A stretch of 63,104 nt of DNA, filler included, from Collodictyon triciliatum (lineage: Eukaryota): NCBI GenBank assembly GCA_043381765.1. It is 14 parts of 14 records of this genome, joined end to end, with 100 filler letters (N's around TTAATTAATTAA, not from the genome) between each part and the next. Parts side by side here need not be neighbours in the genome. Positions count along the whole stretch, not along the records: positions 42,402 to 45,787 come from JBHJMP010005925.1; positions 45,888 to 50,494 come from JBHJMP010005926.1; positions 50,595 to 55,191 come from JBHJMP010005927.1; positions 55,292 to 59,894 come from JBHJMP010005928.1; 10 more parts are not named here. One strand, 5' to 3'. The notes beneath the pieces were generated by a model. It had not been told where the DNA came from, made no database searches, and saw nothing but the letters and a program-made list of their open reading frames with translations. This document shows positions 45,537 to 58,390 of this stretch, one piece after another (the stretch's first letter is position 1; every line of letters begins with the position of its first letter). A program made the position numbers and the translations under genes.

Positions 45537-46173
45537 CCTTAGCAGGGCCTCCTCCGCTTGTTTGCCTCTTGTTTCATACAGTAACACGAAAGAGTTACAC
45601 ATAAGAGTTTAAGCAAAGCTGAAATGTTCATACTTTACTTTGTTTCGTTTTTTCGCACAATCTGAGAGAAGGAAACCGCCTCGGCACTGGCGCGCAACTA
45701 GCAAAAAAGTGCTAAAAAAAAAAAAGGGAAAAAGTAAAAAAAATAAAAATAAAATGGAAAGAAAATACAAACAGGGATAAAGTTTGCNNNNNNNNNNNNN
45801 NNNNNNNNNNNNNNNNNNNNNNNNNNNNNNNTTAATTAATTAANNNNNNNNNNNNNNNNNNNNNNNNNNNNNNNNNNNNNNNNNNNNTGTTTTGTTGTTT
45901 TGTTGTTTTGTTGTTTTGTTGTTTTGTTGTTTTGTTGTTTTGTTGTTTTGTTGTTTTGTTGTTTTGTTGTTTTGTTGTTTTTGTTTCCGCTCCTGTAAAT
46001 AGAAGAAAATAATCCATTGGTGATAAGGGCATTAAATAACCACTTAATAATGTTGTTTTACTTTTTTTAAAAAAAAAAATTAAACCATAATAATGATAAG
46101 ATTGCTGATTATTGTCTGTTCTACTGCCCTTTTCCTTAGTTTCGTCGTTGTCTTCATTCATTTTTCGCCCCAG

Positions 46174-48673
46174 AGTGTCAAAGAGCCACGCCAACTTAGA
46201 CGAGACCCATGTCGCTTACAAATTTGTGTCGTATATATGTGATCATCACGAATTTATATTTTCGGTCAGTAAACTAATTTGCAAGACTTTTGTCTTACCA
46301 CATATTACTCGCGATTCAATCCACCAATACCGGAAATTGACTTTTAGTGACGGATTTCTACATATACAGGTAAAAAAAGCGCAGGCGATTTCGAATGACT
46401 TTATGAAGCATATGAAACGATTAGCCAGTACTGTTGATGAACAAAATCTGAAACAAATCAAAAGCACGAGCCATAATGGTCTTGAACTCAGACAGGGTCG
46501 TGAACAAGTCCTATCTGCTTGGGAACAACCAATGTCAGTTTTTTATCCCTATTTTCCATACCTTCATAGACGCTTCCTAAAAATAATGCGACGAAACAAT
46601 ACCACTTCCCGAACTCTAACCTGCCGCTTGGTGTTCAATGTCCTTCTATTTTTGAATACCCTTAGTAAAAAGGACTCTACAGAGAGGATGATGCAATCTC
46701 AGATGGAGGACAAAGGCCCGATAATCAAAACCCTTATAAATTCTACTGTGAAGGGACTTTTTGAAGAACCCGCTTATTATTGTTTGGAACTCTTTGGAGT
46801 GAGAATATTCCATCCAGTTTCCTTTTTTTTTTTTCTCACTTTCTTTTTCATATTTTTATTTTTTCTTTTATGGGACATGCTTCGCACAGCTTTTTTGATT
46901 AAATTCAGCGTTCTTTTAGTTTGAAGATTAGAACATTTTTTTTCTTTGGAAGACCATCTGTGAAGACTTTGATGTACAAAAAACTATATGTCACTAAAGA
47001 AAAAAAACCACTATAGATTCGCTCTCGCCTAAACCTCCAAAAGAAGAACGCTCTATCTGTGTCCAACGGCACAGTCTCGCACACTCAGTCGTTAAGGACT
47101 TTAGTATCCGACCACATTGACTCGCAGATAGAGAATTCAAATCCCAAACTAATATGTGAACTATCAAAAGGTTCTTTTCCATTATTGTGCAAATATAGGG
47201 ATATATATTATTCGCTCCAAGGGATCATGACTTAAGAAAGCACATTCGTGTATTTGAACTCTTTTCATGTTGAGCGGTGATTTATTGATTTTCACCGTCA
47301 CAAATACAGCTACAAAACAAAACGAAAGTAGCTGGACCGATTCTATTCTTCAACGTGCCGAAAAGCGCATACTTGAGGAACGATCGAGATGCAATCGCCC
47401 AAATGACATATCCCTTATGAGTGTTGGGCAGCTTCTCGATGAAAAAGCCTCTATCAAGAGGGAGTTGAGAGATTATGACAATGCATTTATGGATAAATAC
47501 GGATTCGAGGTCCGCAGTAATGAATCAGAAAAAAAATACTTTTCAAATTATGGGACAGATTCTTTGTTCAAAAGCCTTATCTCTTTTAAAATATTTCGTT
47601 TTTTGATCCGTCGCAATATAGCCCACAAAGTCTGATAAGGAAGTGCTTCGACCGTTGTACCACAGATATAAGTCCATCAAATCACAACTTGAGAATCCGC
47701 TCAAGAAAACAGAGAATCTTGCTGGAGTCCAACATATTGAAATTCCAAGGTTAATAATGTAACAGTAACATTTGTACCAAGTGTAATATCAGTCAATAAA
47801 AAAAAATACAGTTCATAACTCCTCTCTTTTACTTAGGCATACAGCTCCTCCTCAAGAGGAATCAGCACTCAACAAACTTCTGGAGGAAAAAAAAGTACTT
47901 CAAATCAAACTGCACCACTACCAAACTGAATTCTACAATAAATATGGGTTAGACGCGAAATTAGTGGTAATTATTTATTTAACTTGAGATGCGAAGAGAG
48001 AGAGTGAGAGAGAACAAATAAAGGCTTGACGGTCATAATTATTTTTTAATACATGAAATCTCATTTGAAAAACTACGTGTATCTCCAAAAACAAGATAAT
48101 TTAACTCAAGAATGCGAAAAGTAATACATTTTACCATGTACTTATTTTCGCGTGATGATGCGGTCTCATGTAATTTGTGGTATAGGTCGACTCCTCCATC
48201 AAAACCGACTACGCAAGATACAAGGTAGAGTATAATCACGGAAATTGTGAGCGCATCTTTTTTTTTAAAAAAAAAAGCCACAGGGGCTCCAAATAACACA
48301 TTCACGTCATTCTTGATGCCAAATAATCATTTAGGACTTGAAATCACGGATAGCTGAATTAGAATCAGAGAGAGCGAAAAAAGGAAATCTGTTTTCTGCC
48401 TTGGCATCACATTCATTCAAGCCAGACCTACTGAGTGGTTTGCAATCATCCCATATCTACTTACCCAAACATGAAAATAATAATAATATAGCTGCTTGCC
48501 TTGATTCCTATATTCTTCCAATCAATGCGACCTATAAAAATCTCACTTTTTTATTTTCTCTTAGGCTTCAACTCTGCGATATGATTATTATGCTGATAAC
48601 ACACGATATTTCGGTATACGCTCTTGAATTTTTGTTGATGTGTATAAGTGCGATGTTGTTTCTCAATGAATAA
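46174..48673 (+). CDS. FAM13-like protein (end of RhoGAP helix plus FAM13 C-terminal domain), 5' partial
   Basis: FVSYICDHHEFIF; IIKTLINSTVKGLF; RPNDISLMSVGQLLDEKASIKREL; KSDKEVLRPLYHRYKSIK; EEKKVLQIKLHHYQTEF..YARYKDLKSRI. The 3' end is uncertain. Confidence 0.75.
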
Positions 48674-48878
48674 AAGATAAGAAAGAAAGAAAACTAAAAC
48701 GAATCACAAGAATTTGTGGATTCGTTATAAACCGTTAGAAGGAGGCCAGATATAATGTTGGTTAATCTTAAATAATCACTAGCATTATTATGATTTGTGC
48801 CGTAACAAAATCGATTATCGTGAAATATTGCGCAGAAAGGGTCACAGCACTGGTGCTTTATTGCGCAAGTGGAAGATA

Positions 48879-50342
48879 TCATTCGCTTGGAGCAGCGTAC
48901 GGTGCATTTGTGCGAATGTATTGGAAGACGCCATTGGGCACTAAAAACTGTATGGAAGTGTTCTCATCCAATCGCTTCCGAATCAACGATGAGCTCATGT
49001 TGTTGACAATCTCTGTGGTTGTAATCCAGATAGTGTTGGCGTATAAAGACAGGATTGGTGAGTCGTTGATTGACTCGGCCAAGGATAGAGCACCTGACCC
49101 CGGTTCGGTGCGGACTTCCTCATCCCTCTGATGACAGATAATAGGGAAGTGTGTCAGGAGCTCATGAAGCTGAGACTCGATCCAAACGCCGGGCTTGAGC
49201 ATCGAGAGAAGCAAATCCTGTCCGCAATTTAGAGTCACTCTCACTTCTGGGATTTGGGAAATGGAGCCGCATAGAGATTCTGTGGCTCTAGTCTTGAAAG
49301 CACTCAGTTTCATAGCGAACTGATGCAGAAGTGGCTCGGGAGGAGACTCCGAGCCAAGGAGAGCAAGGTCATCTTTCGTTACTTGAAATGCGTCACATAC
49401 ATCTGCAGTGCTAGGCACAGAGTTTTCCGTCAGTTTGCTCAGATAGTTGACAACGAAACTATTCGCATCTGCGTCAGCATAATTCTCGTGTCCAATGTCG
49501 TATATGAGCTATCCATGATTTTAGGAAAGTGAAAGAATAAAAAGGTATTAAAAGAGGGGAAATAGTGAGGTGTTGTGGGGTGAATATGTTAATTTTTGCA
49601 CATATCTCTTTATAAAAAAAAACTAGGAAAATAATAGACTAAATACGTAACAGAAAGAAAAAGCCGAGAAAAAAACTATTTTTTGTCCATTTACATTACC
49701 TTTAATGCTCCTTGCATTCGCTTTTTCATGTTTTTGAGGGTAAAAAGTGTGCGCGAGTAGTCTTGTTGTTGGACCTCCCACTGGTCTGTTTGAATCCAAT
49801 CAGACTCATCCGTTGCCTTTTGCACCATCTGAACCTGTACCAAATTAGGCTCGTTGACAGAAAAAAAAAATAATAGACTTGTTGACAGTTAACATACGCC
49901 TATCAGTGATGGAGTGATGATGCGATGGAATCATGGCATATAAAACAATTCATCGAGACAAGATTGCACCAACCCGATGCGCGGCGGATAGAAGCGACGG
50001 CTTTCTTGAGCGATATCCATCATGTACCGGGGACATCAATCCTCCCAGCACATGCAGACCCATCGACCGAGCAAAATCACGCGCGTTTTCCATTATGTGC
50101 ATGTGGAAGTTTGTAGGTGGATTGAACGAGCCACAGGCAACAATGACCAGCGCAGATTCTGACAGGCACGGCCACGTGAGTTTGCTTGCGACCCAGTGCG
50201 GATTCGGCCATGCGGCATCATTTCCTGCGGCAGATAGTCTCGGGCGCTTCGGCTCTTGTGCTGCGGGGTCTTTATCTTCTCTCTCGCGCTGGCGGGCTTT
50301 GGGCGGTCTCTCGGGCTCTCTTGCTTCTGCTGCTTCGCTCAT
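48879..50342 (-). CDS. NMNAT: Nicotinamide/nicotinate mononucleotide adenylyltransferase (complete)
   Basis: VACGSFNPPTNFH; GGLMSPVHDGY; AHRVQMV..SDWI..DQWE; CGQDLL..PGVW; NMSSSLIRK..SIQFLVP..QYI. Confidence 0.95.
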
Positions 50343-50723
50343 TACCACGAATCCTTTCGTTTGGGCAGCTGCGTAAGAATGGAAGAGAGAGCCTCGCGCG
50401 GAATGAGAACAGAGAAGAAGAAGAAGAAGAAGAAGAAGAAGAAGAAGAAGAAGAAGAAGAAGAAGAAGAAGAAGAAGAAGAAGAAGAAGAAGAANNNNNN
50501 NNNNNNNNNNNNNNNNNNNNNNNNNNNNNNNNNNNNNNTTAATTAATTAANNNNNNNNNNNNNNNNNNNNNNNNNNNNNNNNNNNNNNNNNNNNAATAAA
50601 TAATAAAAAATAATAAAAAATAATAAAAAATAATAAAAAATAATAAAAAATAATAAAAAATAATAAATAAATAAATAATAAATAAATTGACAAATTAGCT
50701 AAGCTCTTACTCCTGTTGCACAG

Positions 50724-53700
50724 TTAGACACCTTGCCTCCATGGTTTCCTATGTTTAGTTGTATTAAGCGTCTAAATATTTCGAATAATAAGGTTTGGAT
50801 AAGGGTTTATATATATTTGTGCATGTAATATATATGCATAATTTCATACATATGTATTAAAAATTCTATCGAACACATGAATTGAGCAACAAATTTCTTG
50901 GTAGATGTGCTCCTTGCCTGATGAGATGTCCATTTTACAATCGTTAGCTGAGTTAGATATATCAAATAATAGTGTATGTATTATACTTTATCCAAATGCA
51001 TGGAATGAAATCAATTTTTTAAGTGGATGTCTTTCAATATGAAAGATAAATATAGTATTATTTTTGAGAGTGTCTCTCTTTTTTCTTTCGAAAATATAAC
51101 ATGAAAACGCATGATCTGACTTAGTTATCTGAGATTCCACAAGTTCTGTTTACGTTACAAAAGATGGAAGCTCTTAATGTATCCAACAACCAGGTGTGTT
51201 TGAAAAGTTCTATGAGGACGATAGAAAGTAGAAAAAATAATGTAGTATATTATACTTGTCTTATGTAAATTTTAAATTTTCTTTAAAATAGCCAAACTTA
51301 ATTACATTCGTTATGTAATTGCTGATTTTTTTAAATCAAATTATAGATACTTGAAATTTCTCATCAAATATATATGCTTGCTAAATTAAGAAGGCTAGAT
51401 ATTACCAAAAATCAGGTATATTGACGCGACCTCTCCGCCTTTGCTCCGCTTTTTCTAAACAGAAAATTCCATTCATGATATTTGGTCATCTCATTTTGAT
51501 AAATAATGGAGGAAAAACAACAACTAGGTTCAATACATCCCAGAGTCTCTAGCCTTTCTTTCAGACCTTACAGAATTAAGCCTCGAAAGTGAAGATATGA
51601 TATACCCATCATCACAAACATGTCGACAAGGTCTCCCTAACATTCAGAGGTTTCTGAGAGAAAGGCTTCATGAGCCTGCAACCCTTCTAACGAACAGAAT
51701 TCTTATATTGGGTGAGCAGGCAACTGGAAAAACTACCCTAACAAAAACTCTCCTTCAAAAAAGTTCCAAATTCAAATCTACTTGCGAGACTGTGAGCATG
51801 GCCACGGTTGGTGCTGATATTAACGATGAGATTATGGAAATTGATATAAATGGATATCAAACCAAGATATCTTTGTGGGATTTCGGGGGACAAGCTGAAT
51901 TTCAAGTTACCCACCCCTTTTTTCTTTCGAACAAAACACTTATACTTGTTTTATGGGATATATCTATTGGAGCTGAGAAGAGTAAAATATTGGAGTGGCT
52001 ATCTCTTATCGAAGCCAGCACCAAACAGTCGCCCTCTCTACCCGATTTACCGAGGGTAATCATCGTTGGAACAAAATCTGACCATGGAATCGTGAAAACT
52101 GCAGCTGAGAGAAAGAGAAGACTTGAAGAATTACGGGTTATGTTGGATGCCTTTCGAGGGAAGATACAATTTGACGGATTTGTTTTGATAAGTAATCAAA
52201 GTGGTGAAGGTATACCAGAGTTAAAGGAACTGATACATACATCTATAAAATCACTTACCGAATCGTTTGAAAAATTGCCCTCTATCTATTCTGTTCTGTG
52301 TACCTTTTCTCAGATGGTATGTCGCATACGAGACCCACCGTTGGCAAAATATGCCGAATTCAACGAAATATGCTCCATATACGATGGTCAGAAAATCCCA
52401 GAACCTGATCCATATTTAAAACAAATGCATCATTTAGGACTCGTTGTGTGGCATGACATATATCCAGTCAATAATATTGTCATATGTGACCCACGATTCC
52501 TGATTCGCGTATTCGTTCAAGTCTTTAATTTTTTAAAGACATCAAAAGACGCAGGGACTTATATGCACCGCCAATTGGTATCAGAGCTAAATCAAGAATT
52601 CCCTGGCCTAGCCGATTACATTATCGAACTATTTCGATTATTCCGTCTTAGTGTATCATGCTCAGAGGTTGAATTATTTCCGTCCATACTTCCAGTAGGA
52701 TTACCACCTATTGATATATGGTCACAAAATCCAACAGTAAACAATTGCTCGTCGTGGATTTCAATATCTGTGGATTTTTCGTTCCTTCCGAAGGGGTTTT
52801 ATGGGTCGCTCGTGGCCAGTTTTTACAAGTTTTGTGATAACCCATCATCCAAACTCGAGGGAATGATGTTTTGTAGTGGCTCACATTGCGTCCTCCACAC
52901 ATCAAGAGTGATTCGGACAACCCATGCAAGGAATGATGAAAGTCATGCAGCTAGTAGCTTAGTGAGCATATGCATCGAAAGATATTCTGGGTCTCATTCG
53001 ATATATATTACAGTCAGAATAAAGCAAGACAAAGACATGCACGCATGTGACGCGATTGAAACCCTGGAAGCACTGGTGAAAGAGTCTTTGGTGAGCTACC
53101 CTGGCGTATCATGGGAGACACGTATCTTGTGCCCGGGTTGTATTTACGAAGGAAAACCTTTGAGCCGGGCGAGTAAAGAGCAAAAATCTATTATCTCTGT
53201 AAAAGGTGGTCAAAAATGCAATAGTTTTCAACACTTGGTGACCGAGCATGAATGGAGAAACGGGCGACTGAGTTCAGACCACCCCAAAGAGTACGGAGAA
53301 ATGGATGATTGCCCTGTTTTGTTCTGGATTGACATGGAATCGTCTCTGGTCACACACAACACATGGAGATTGCACTTATTGTGTGACCGTCCAAATGAAC
53401 CCCACGCCACAACCCACGAAGGTTATGTCATTCAAACGCCCGCAACATTCAGCAAAAAGTACTCTCGCGCGATTTCCAGGTGTCTGCAGCTCGGAGCTGT
53501 GCTCTGTTCCTGGCTCCCCATGGTGGGGAATGCGTCAAAGTCCCTTATTCTCTGCCAAGAAAAGATTGATGCATTCTGCGATGATAGACAGTCTTCCTTA
53601 GATTCAATATTCACATCTAGCAAATATGAGTCAACTTCGGCCAATTCTTCGCTATCTTCATTGGAACTTCTGGATGAAATAGACCCTGCCCATCACTGGA

Positions 53701-54096
53701 GGAATATTCTTTATCCTGTTGTCCTCCCCGGGAAGCAAAAAAGATGGCTCTGTCGCGATTGCCGCCTCATATATGAAAGGACTGCCATAGTTCGCCATTA
53801 TTCTCCAAAGTCAGCTTACATACAATACAAGCAAAGGCGGTTTGGAGGTATGTCTAGTAAACTCATCCGTGTCTTTGTTGTCCTTGATACTCAGAAGGAA
53901 TTGATTCGACTTTGGAGGGACTCCACCATGCGTGAAAATCTTGAGGACATCCAACTATCTGGTGGCTTTCAGGTTTGAAATTTATTCATCATTTCAAAAC
54001 TGGTTCGGGTATTGCCTTGTAACTTGATGTGGGCGTTAATCCAACTAGTACATGGCAATTGTGTTGACAAAAAATTCAAGAGACAAAATATTAATG

Positions 54097-54190
<94 letters not shown>

Positions 54191-54606
54191 TAATTATAGT
54201 GATAATGGAAAACCATATATAATTTTTATATGTAGGTGGATTGCATACCACGCTCATGCGCTGATGAATTTCCATTCAGAATCCAGCTGAATTCTACAAG
54301 CACATTTGAATTTTACGTAATTAAACACATCCAATATTCCGTTTTGTTAAATTAAAAATAAATAACTTGCCATGGTATACCAAAGAAGCAAAAAGCAAAC
54401 AAAAAGCAAACAAAAGAGCAAACAAAAAAACAAACAGAAAAGCAGCGAAACTCATGGCAATACATGAATCCTTATTTTAGGCAAAGTCCAATTCTATCAG
54501 AAATGAGTGGATGCGTGCTTTAAAAGCAATTCAAAGGGAAGTTGACTCAAGTGATGTCTCCAGCATATTCAGAGATTTCTCGGTTGCATCCGATGGAAAT
54601 AAATAA
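50724..54606 (+). CDS. Roco protein: LRR-Roc-COR-PH (5' partial, no kinase domain downstream of COR)
   Basis: LRR exons at 50724-50792, 50905-50973, 51125-51193 and 51347-51415. Exon 51528-53972 holds the P-loop GEQATGKT, WDFGGQ, VGTKSD and COR. A PH-like C-terminus (AYIQYK..FVVL..FPFRI..FEFYAKSNSIRNEWMRAL) is completed by exons 54236-54316 and 54481-54606. Confidence 0.9.
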
Positions 54607-55294
54607 TTCGAATCAAACAATACACTTATTATATATTGCAACAATTTATCGGTGACGAAAATAAAACAATCCAACGCCTATAACATCTTTGTTTTCGATT
54701 TATCGAAATTCTCTAAAATAAGTCATAGAAGTGCAGTAGGCATTTGCGTTAGTTATGATTGTGATAAGGGTGAATGTGACTAAAGTTATTTGCTTTTTCA
54801 GCTATAGGGTAGCAGCATGCATTTAAAGTTATTCATGCAAAGTCATTCCTTTTTGTATGCCTTAGCTGAGGGCTCTTTGATAAGTGAATAAGAGAAAAGA
54901 TTACAAAAAAAAAAAGAAAAAAAGAAAAGAGGGGGATAAAGAGAAAAAAAAAGGAAAAAAAGGGACAAGGAAAAAAGAAAAAAAAAGAAGCGTATCCCCC
55001 CAAACATGAAACCAAGTGGCCTTCAGTGAAGAGGAAACTCAAAGCAGTATACATTCCCGTCATCCCCGCCCACAAGAATAGAGTTACGCAACACAGCGAC
55101 AGACGTGATGCGATTACAAATTTTGATGGGTCGGACGTGTGTCGCCAAACTAAAGGTTTTTTTTTTTTGCCGTTATTCAAAATTGAATAATNNNNNNNNN
55201 NNNNNNNNNNNNNNNNNNNNNNNNNNNNNNNNNNNTTAATTAATTAANNNNNNNNNNNNNNNNNNNNNNNNNNNNNNNNNNNNNNNNNNNNAGC

Positions 55295-55500
55295 TTTTTA
55301 GGTTTTTAGGTTTTTAGGTTTTTAGGTTTTTAGGTTTTTAGGTTTTTAGGTTTTTAGGTTTTTAGGTTTTTAGGTTTTTAGGTTTTTAGGTTTTTAGGTT
55401 TTTAGGTTTTTAGGTTTTTAGATTTTTAGATTTTTAGATTTTTAGATTTTTTTTGGTTTTTTTTGGTTTTTTGGTTTTTTGGTTTTTTGGTTTTTTGGTT
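55295..55500 (+). repeat. (TTTTTAGG)n microsatellite decaying to TTTTTAGA/TTTTTGG
   Basis: Tandem 8-mer at the contig start. Confidence 0.9.
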
Positions 55501-55788
55501 TTTATTTCTGCGTGAAAGTCGAAGCCAAGCAGAAAAGTCGCCGAAGCCAGATCTGTTGACAATTCCGGCGGAGATAATTTGACTGTTCAAGTTTTTGAAT
55601 TTAATACATTTGTGGAAAGGGCGCAGTGCCAAGCAGAAGGAGAGGTGAGATACAGAGGATTTGTCTTGTCATTGCTGGTGTGGCGCGCGGAAGTCCTTAT
55701 TTCTTTATCTGGTTTGTTTGTCGAAAGCTGAGTCTGTCTATAGATTTCATATTTCACATTGTTTGCGTATTTGTTGGGCTTGTTACAG

Positions 55789-57690
55789 CCCAATTTTGTA
55801 TGGGAATCAAGGCGAACTACTCAAAGAGCCTCAGGAGAAAAAGATATCACTTGACATGTATTTTTCGGCGATAATTCAAAACGTCATGGCGTTGAAGCAT
55901 TCAACGAATAGCTTAGATATCATAGATACTCACAATGAAAGCATACAAGACATCTGCTGTTTACTTTTAAATTGGTTAAAAATATTAATTTTTTATTGAT
56001 GGTTTGACAGCAGAACACAATAGCAAGCATGCCGAAGCGAGTCTTATCCGAGCAGCATAGAATTGTTGATACGCAAGTAGCCAAAGCATCAAGGCTGAGG
56101 AAGAAAACACCGGAGAGGGCTGAAAGAAGCATGTCCTTCAAGTTTTCGTTGTCTCGGTATGTGGGCAAAAATCCTTAAACAATCGCAAATGATAATGTAT
56201 CTCAATATTCATCTGATTCTGGTTTTTTCAATCACAAAACAAACCTGAAAGAATTTCGAAAAAAATCAGGGTAAAAAACTTTCATGTGTTGGAGTCCTCT
56301 GCCCGAGATCCAAGCGAGGTAATCCATTATGTCGAATCAAACTACCTGGTGAATCCAAATGTGATGAAGGCAGCGAGGTATATGAACCAGCTGCAAGAAT
56401 TGCATGTACGGGACAGCAAAGACCCAGGCGCACTACAAAAGGATACACGAAGCACGAAAGATTTGACAGAATCATTGGGTGCATCGCGATTGCCCCTAGA
56501 AAGAATAAAGCGCATCAAAAAGGCAAAAGAGGCATCCAGCCAAGGGAATGAAAAAGCTGACCATCTTTCAGTAGCAGTTGGAATAGGTGCTGAAGAGCTG
56601 CAACTTCTAGCCTCAACTTTGAAATCAGGTCGTTGTCTTACCTAATAACTACTTCAGCTACATTTAATTTTCTTGAAAAAAAAAAAAGGTATTTACGCTT
56701 TTTTAAAAAAAAAATAATCTCACAGGCCAGGGAATCTCGAGTGTGATCCAACATCTCTCTAAAGATCAGTTGGACTATATATCGTCGTATTTGGCTGTTG
56801 GTTTGAACGAAAATAACCAAATAGTCCAAGGTAAAGAGCAAGAAAGTCTTCATATGCCCTCAGTGATTTCATCATCTGCTCCTAAAACATCAAGTGATTT
56901 AAATTTCAAAGATACCAATATAACACACGCAAACGCTGCAAACGCTGGTTGTTTGGCTAGTGCATCTCTGGGCAGTTCAAACCTCAAACAAGTGGTGGAT
57001 CAAAACTCTGAAAGTAGAACCGAAGGGGTGATATGGTTTGACGAAGATTTGGACCGCTTCACATCGTCCATACCAATCCAGAGGTCATGTGCGACTTCGA
57101 TGTCAAGTTATGATGCTGATTTGTGTTCTGATACGTTCATATCGAATTGGAAGACCAGTAGCTATATCGACCGAGAATTATTGGGTGATGGGTCTATGTC
57201 CGAGCTATCTGGAACGTATATGGAAGAAAATTGTGTATCCCGCATGGCCTTGGGTCTCTGTGATGAAAAAGGACTAAGTTCACTAAATCACTCAAATTTT
57301 AGGATATATAATCACACAGGCGACCATACGGCAAGCACACATCCCACCAAATTAAGCTGCCCCGCCGACCAAAAAGCCCTTGAAAGTCCCCAAGAGATTT
57401 TTAGTCAAGAAAGTCTTTTCCGTTTTGATTTTACCGGCCAAGAGGAAATTGGAAATCATGCAGTAGCAAATGCAGCAAATCCAGGGACAAAAGACGCAGA
57501 TTCGATTATCGGGCTCGTAGGGGATACAAATTCGCATCACGATGCGTTGTTCAGTGCTGGACTAGAAGATATGTCAAATATGGGAATTGATAAAAACTAT
57601 TACGGTATGGGACAATTCTATTCCACAGCCACGATGTCGCCCTTCCACTCTATCGACATGAGTTCTTTTGATTTCTTCGATGACCCTTGA
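55789..57690 (+). CDS. Hypothetical protein (multi-exon, Ser/Asp-rich C-terminus)
   Basis: Frame-consistent GT-AG junctions (e.g. LSR|VKNFHVLESS) and a 315-codon terminal ORF. No family recognised. Confidence 0.6.
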
Positions 57691-58390
57691 CTCCTATTTC
57701 AAGTCCCATCAAAGTCTGTAAATTGTGATGAAAGCTTAGCACATAAATTATAAACCTATCAACTTCATATCGTATGTTACTTTGATGGCCCACAGAGTTC
57801 AGTTGCCTTTATCAACTCGAAAAGCTGAACATTCTTACTTCAATTATTTCATGTCCGCCTAATTATACACAGAACGTAGGCTGGGTTAGGTGATTGAACC
57901 GATTAAAATATGCAACTTGACCCCAACCATCAGCCAAGCTACCATCATAATGTGATGCTATTCTTTCCATTGTAATATTTTATTTGTTCGTTTGGCGTTT
58001 GCAGCGAGTGCCCTTCGTCTCTCAACTCTATATTGAATGGGATGCTTTGCTAGAAGGTTTTCCAACTCAGTCAAGCGCTAGAAGTAAAGGAATTAACCAC
58101 GACTCAGACCTAAAACTTTAAAAATAATTATACTTCGGCCGTTTGCAGCTAGTTTGCTTGTTTGTTCAATTGGCATCGCCTACAAACATGCAAGGTAAGA
58201 ATAGAAGCGAAACCGACCTGGCTCTTCAATAGGTGCGATCAAGTCCCACCCGTGGACACGCCGTTGCATTCTCTCAACTAAACGTCAAGTCCATGCAAGA
58301 ACTTATATACCTACATTTATGCTGATGCTGCGATATTTCTTATTGAACTAAAGGAAAAACATTAACAAGAACGACTTGGGAGGCTCGGAA

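Noticed and set aside
55295-55420. Telomere-like (TTTTTAGG)n
   Set aside because: The G-rich strand points into the contig, the wrong polarity for a chromosome end. It also grades into other T-rich microsatellites typical of this genome.
57876-57942. Loose hairpin or SECIS-like element in a 3' UTR
   Set aside because: The helix pairing is poor and the upstream gene has no in-frame Sec-type UGA.
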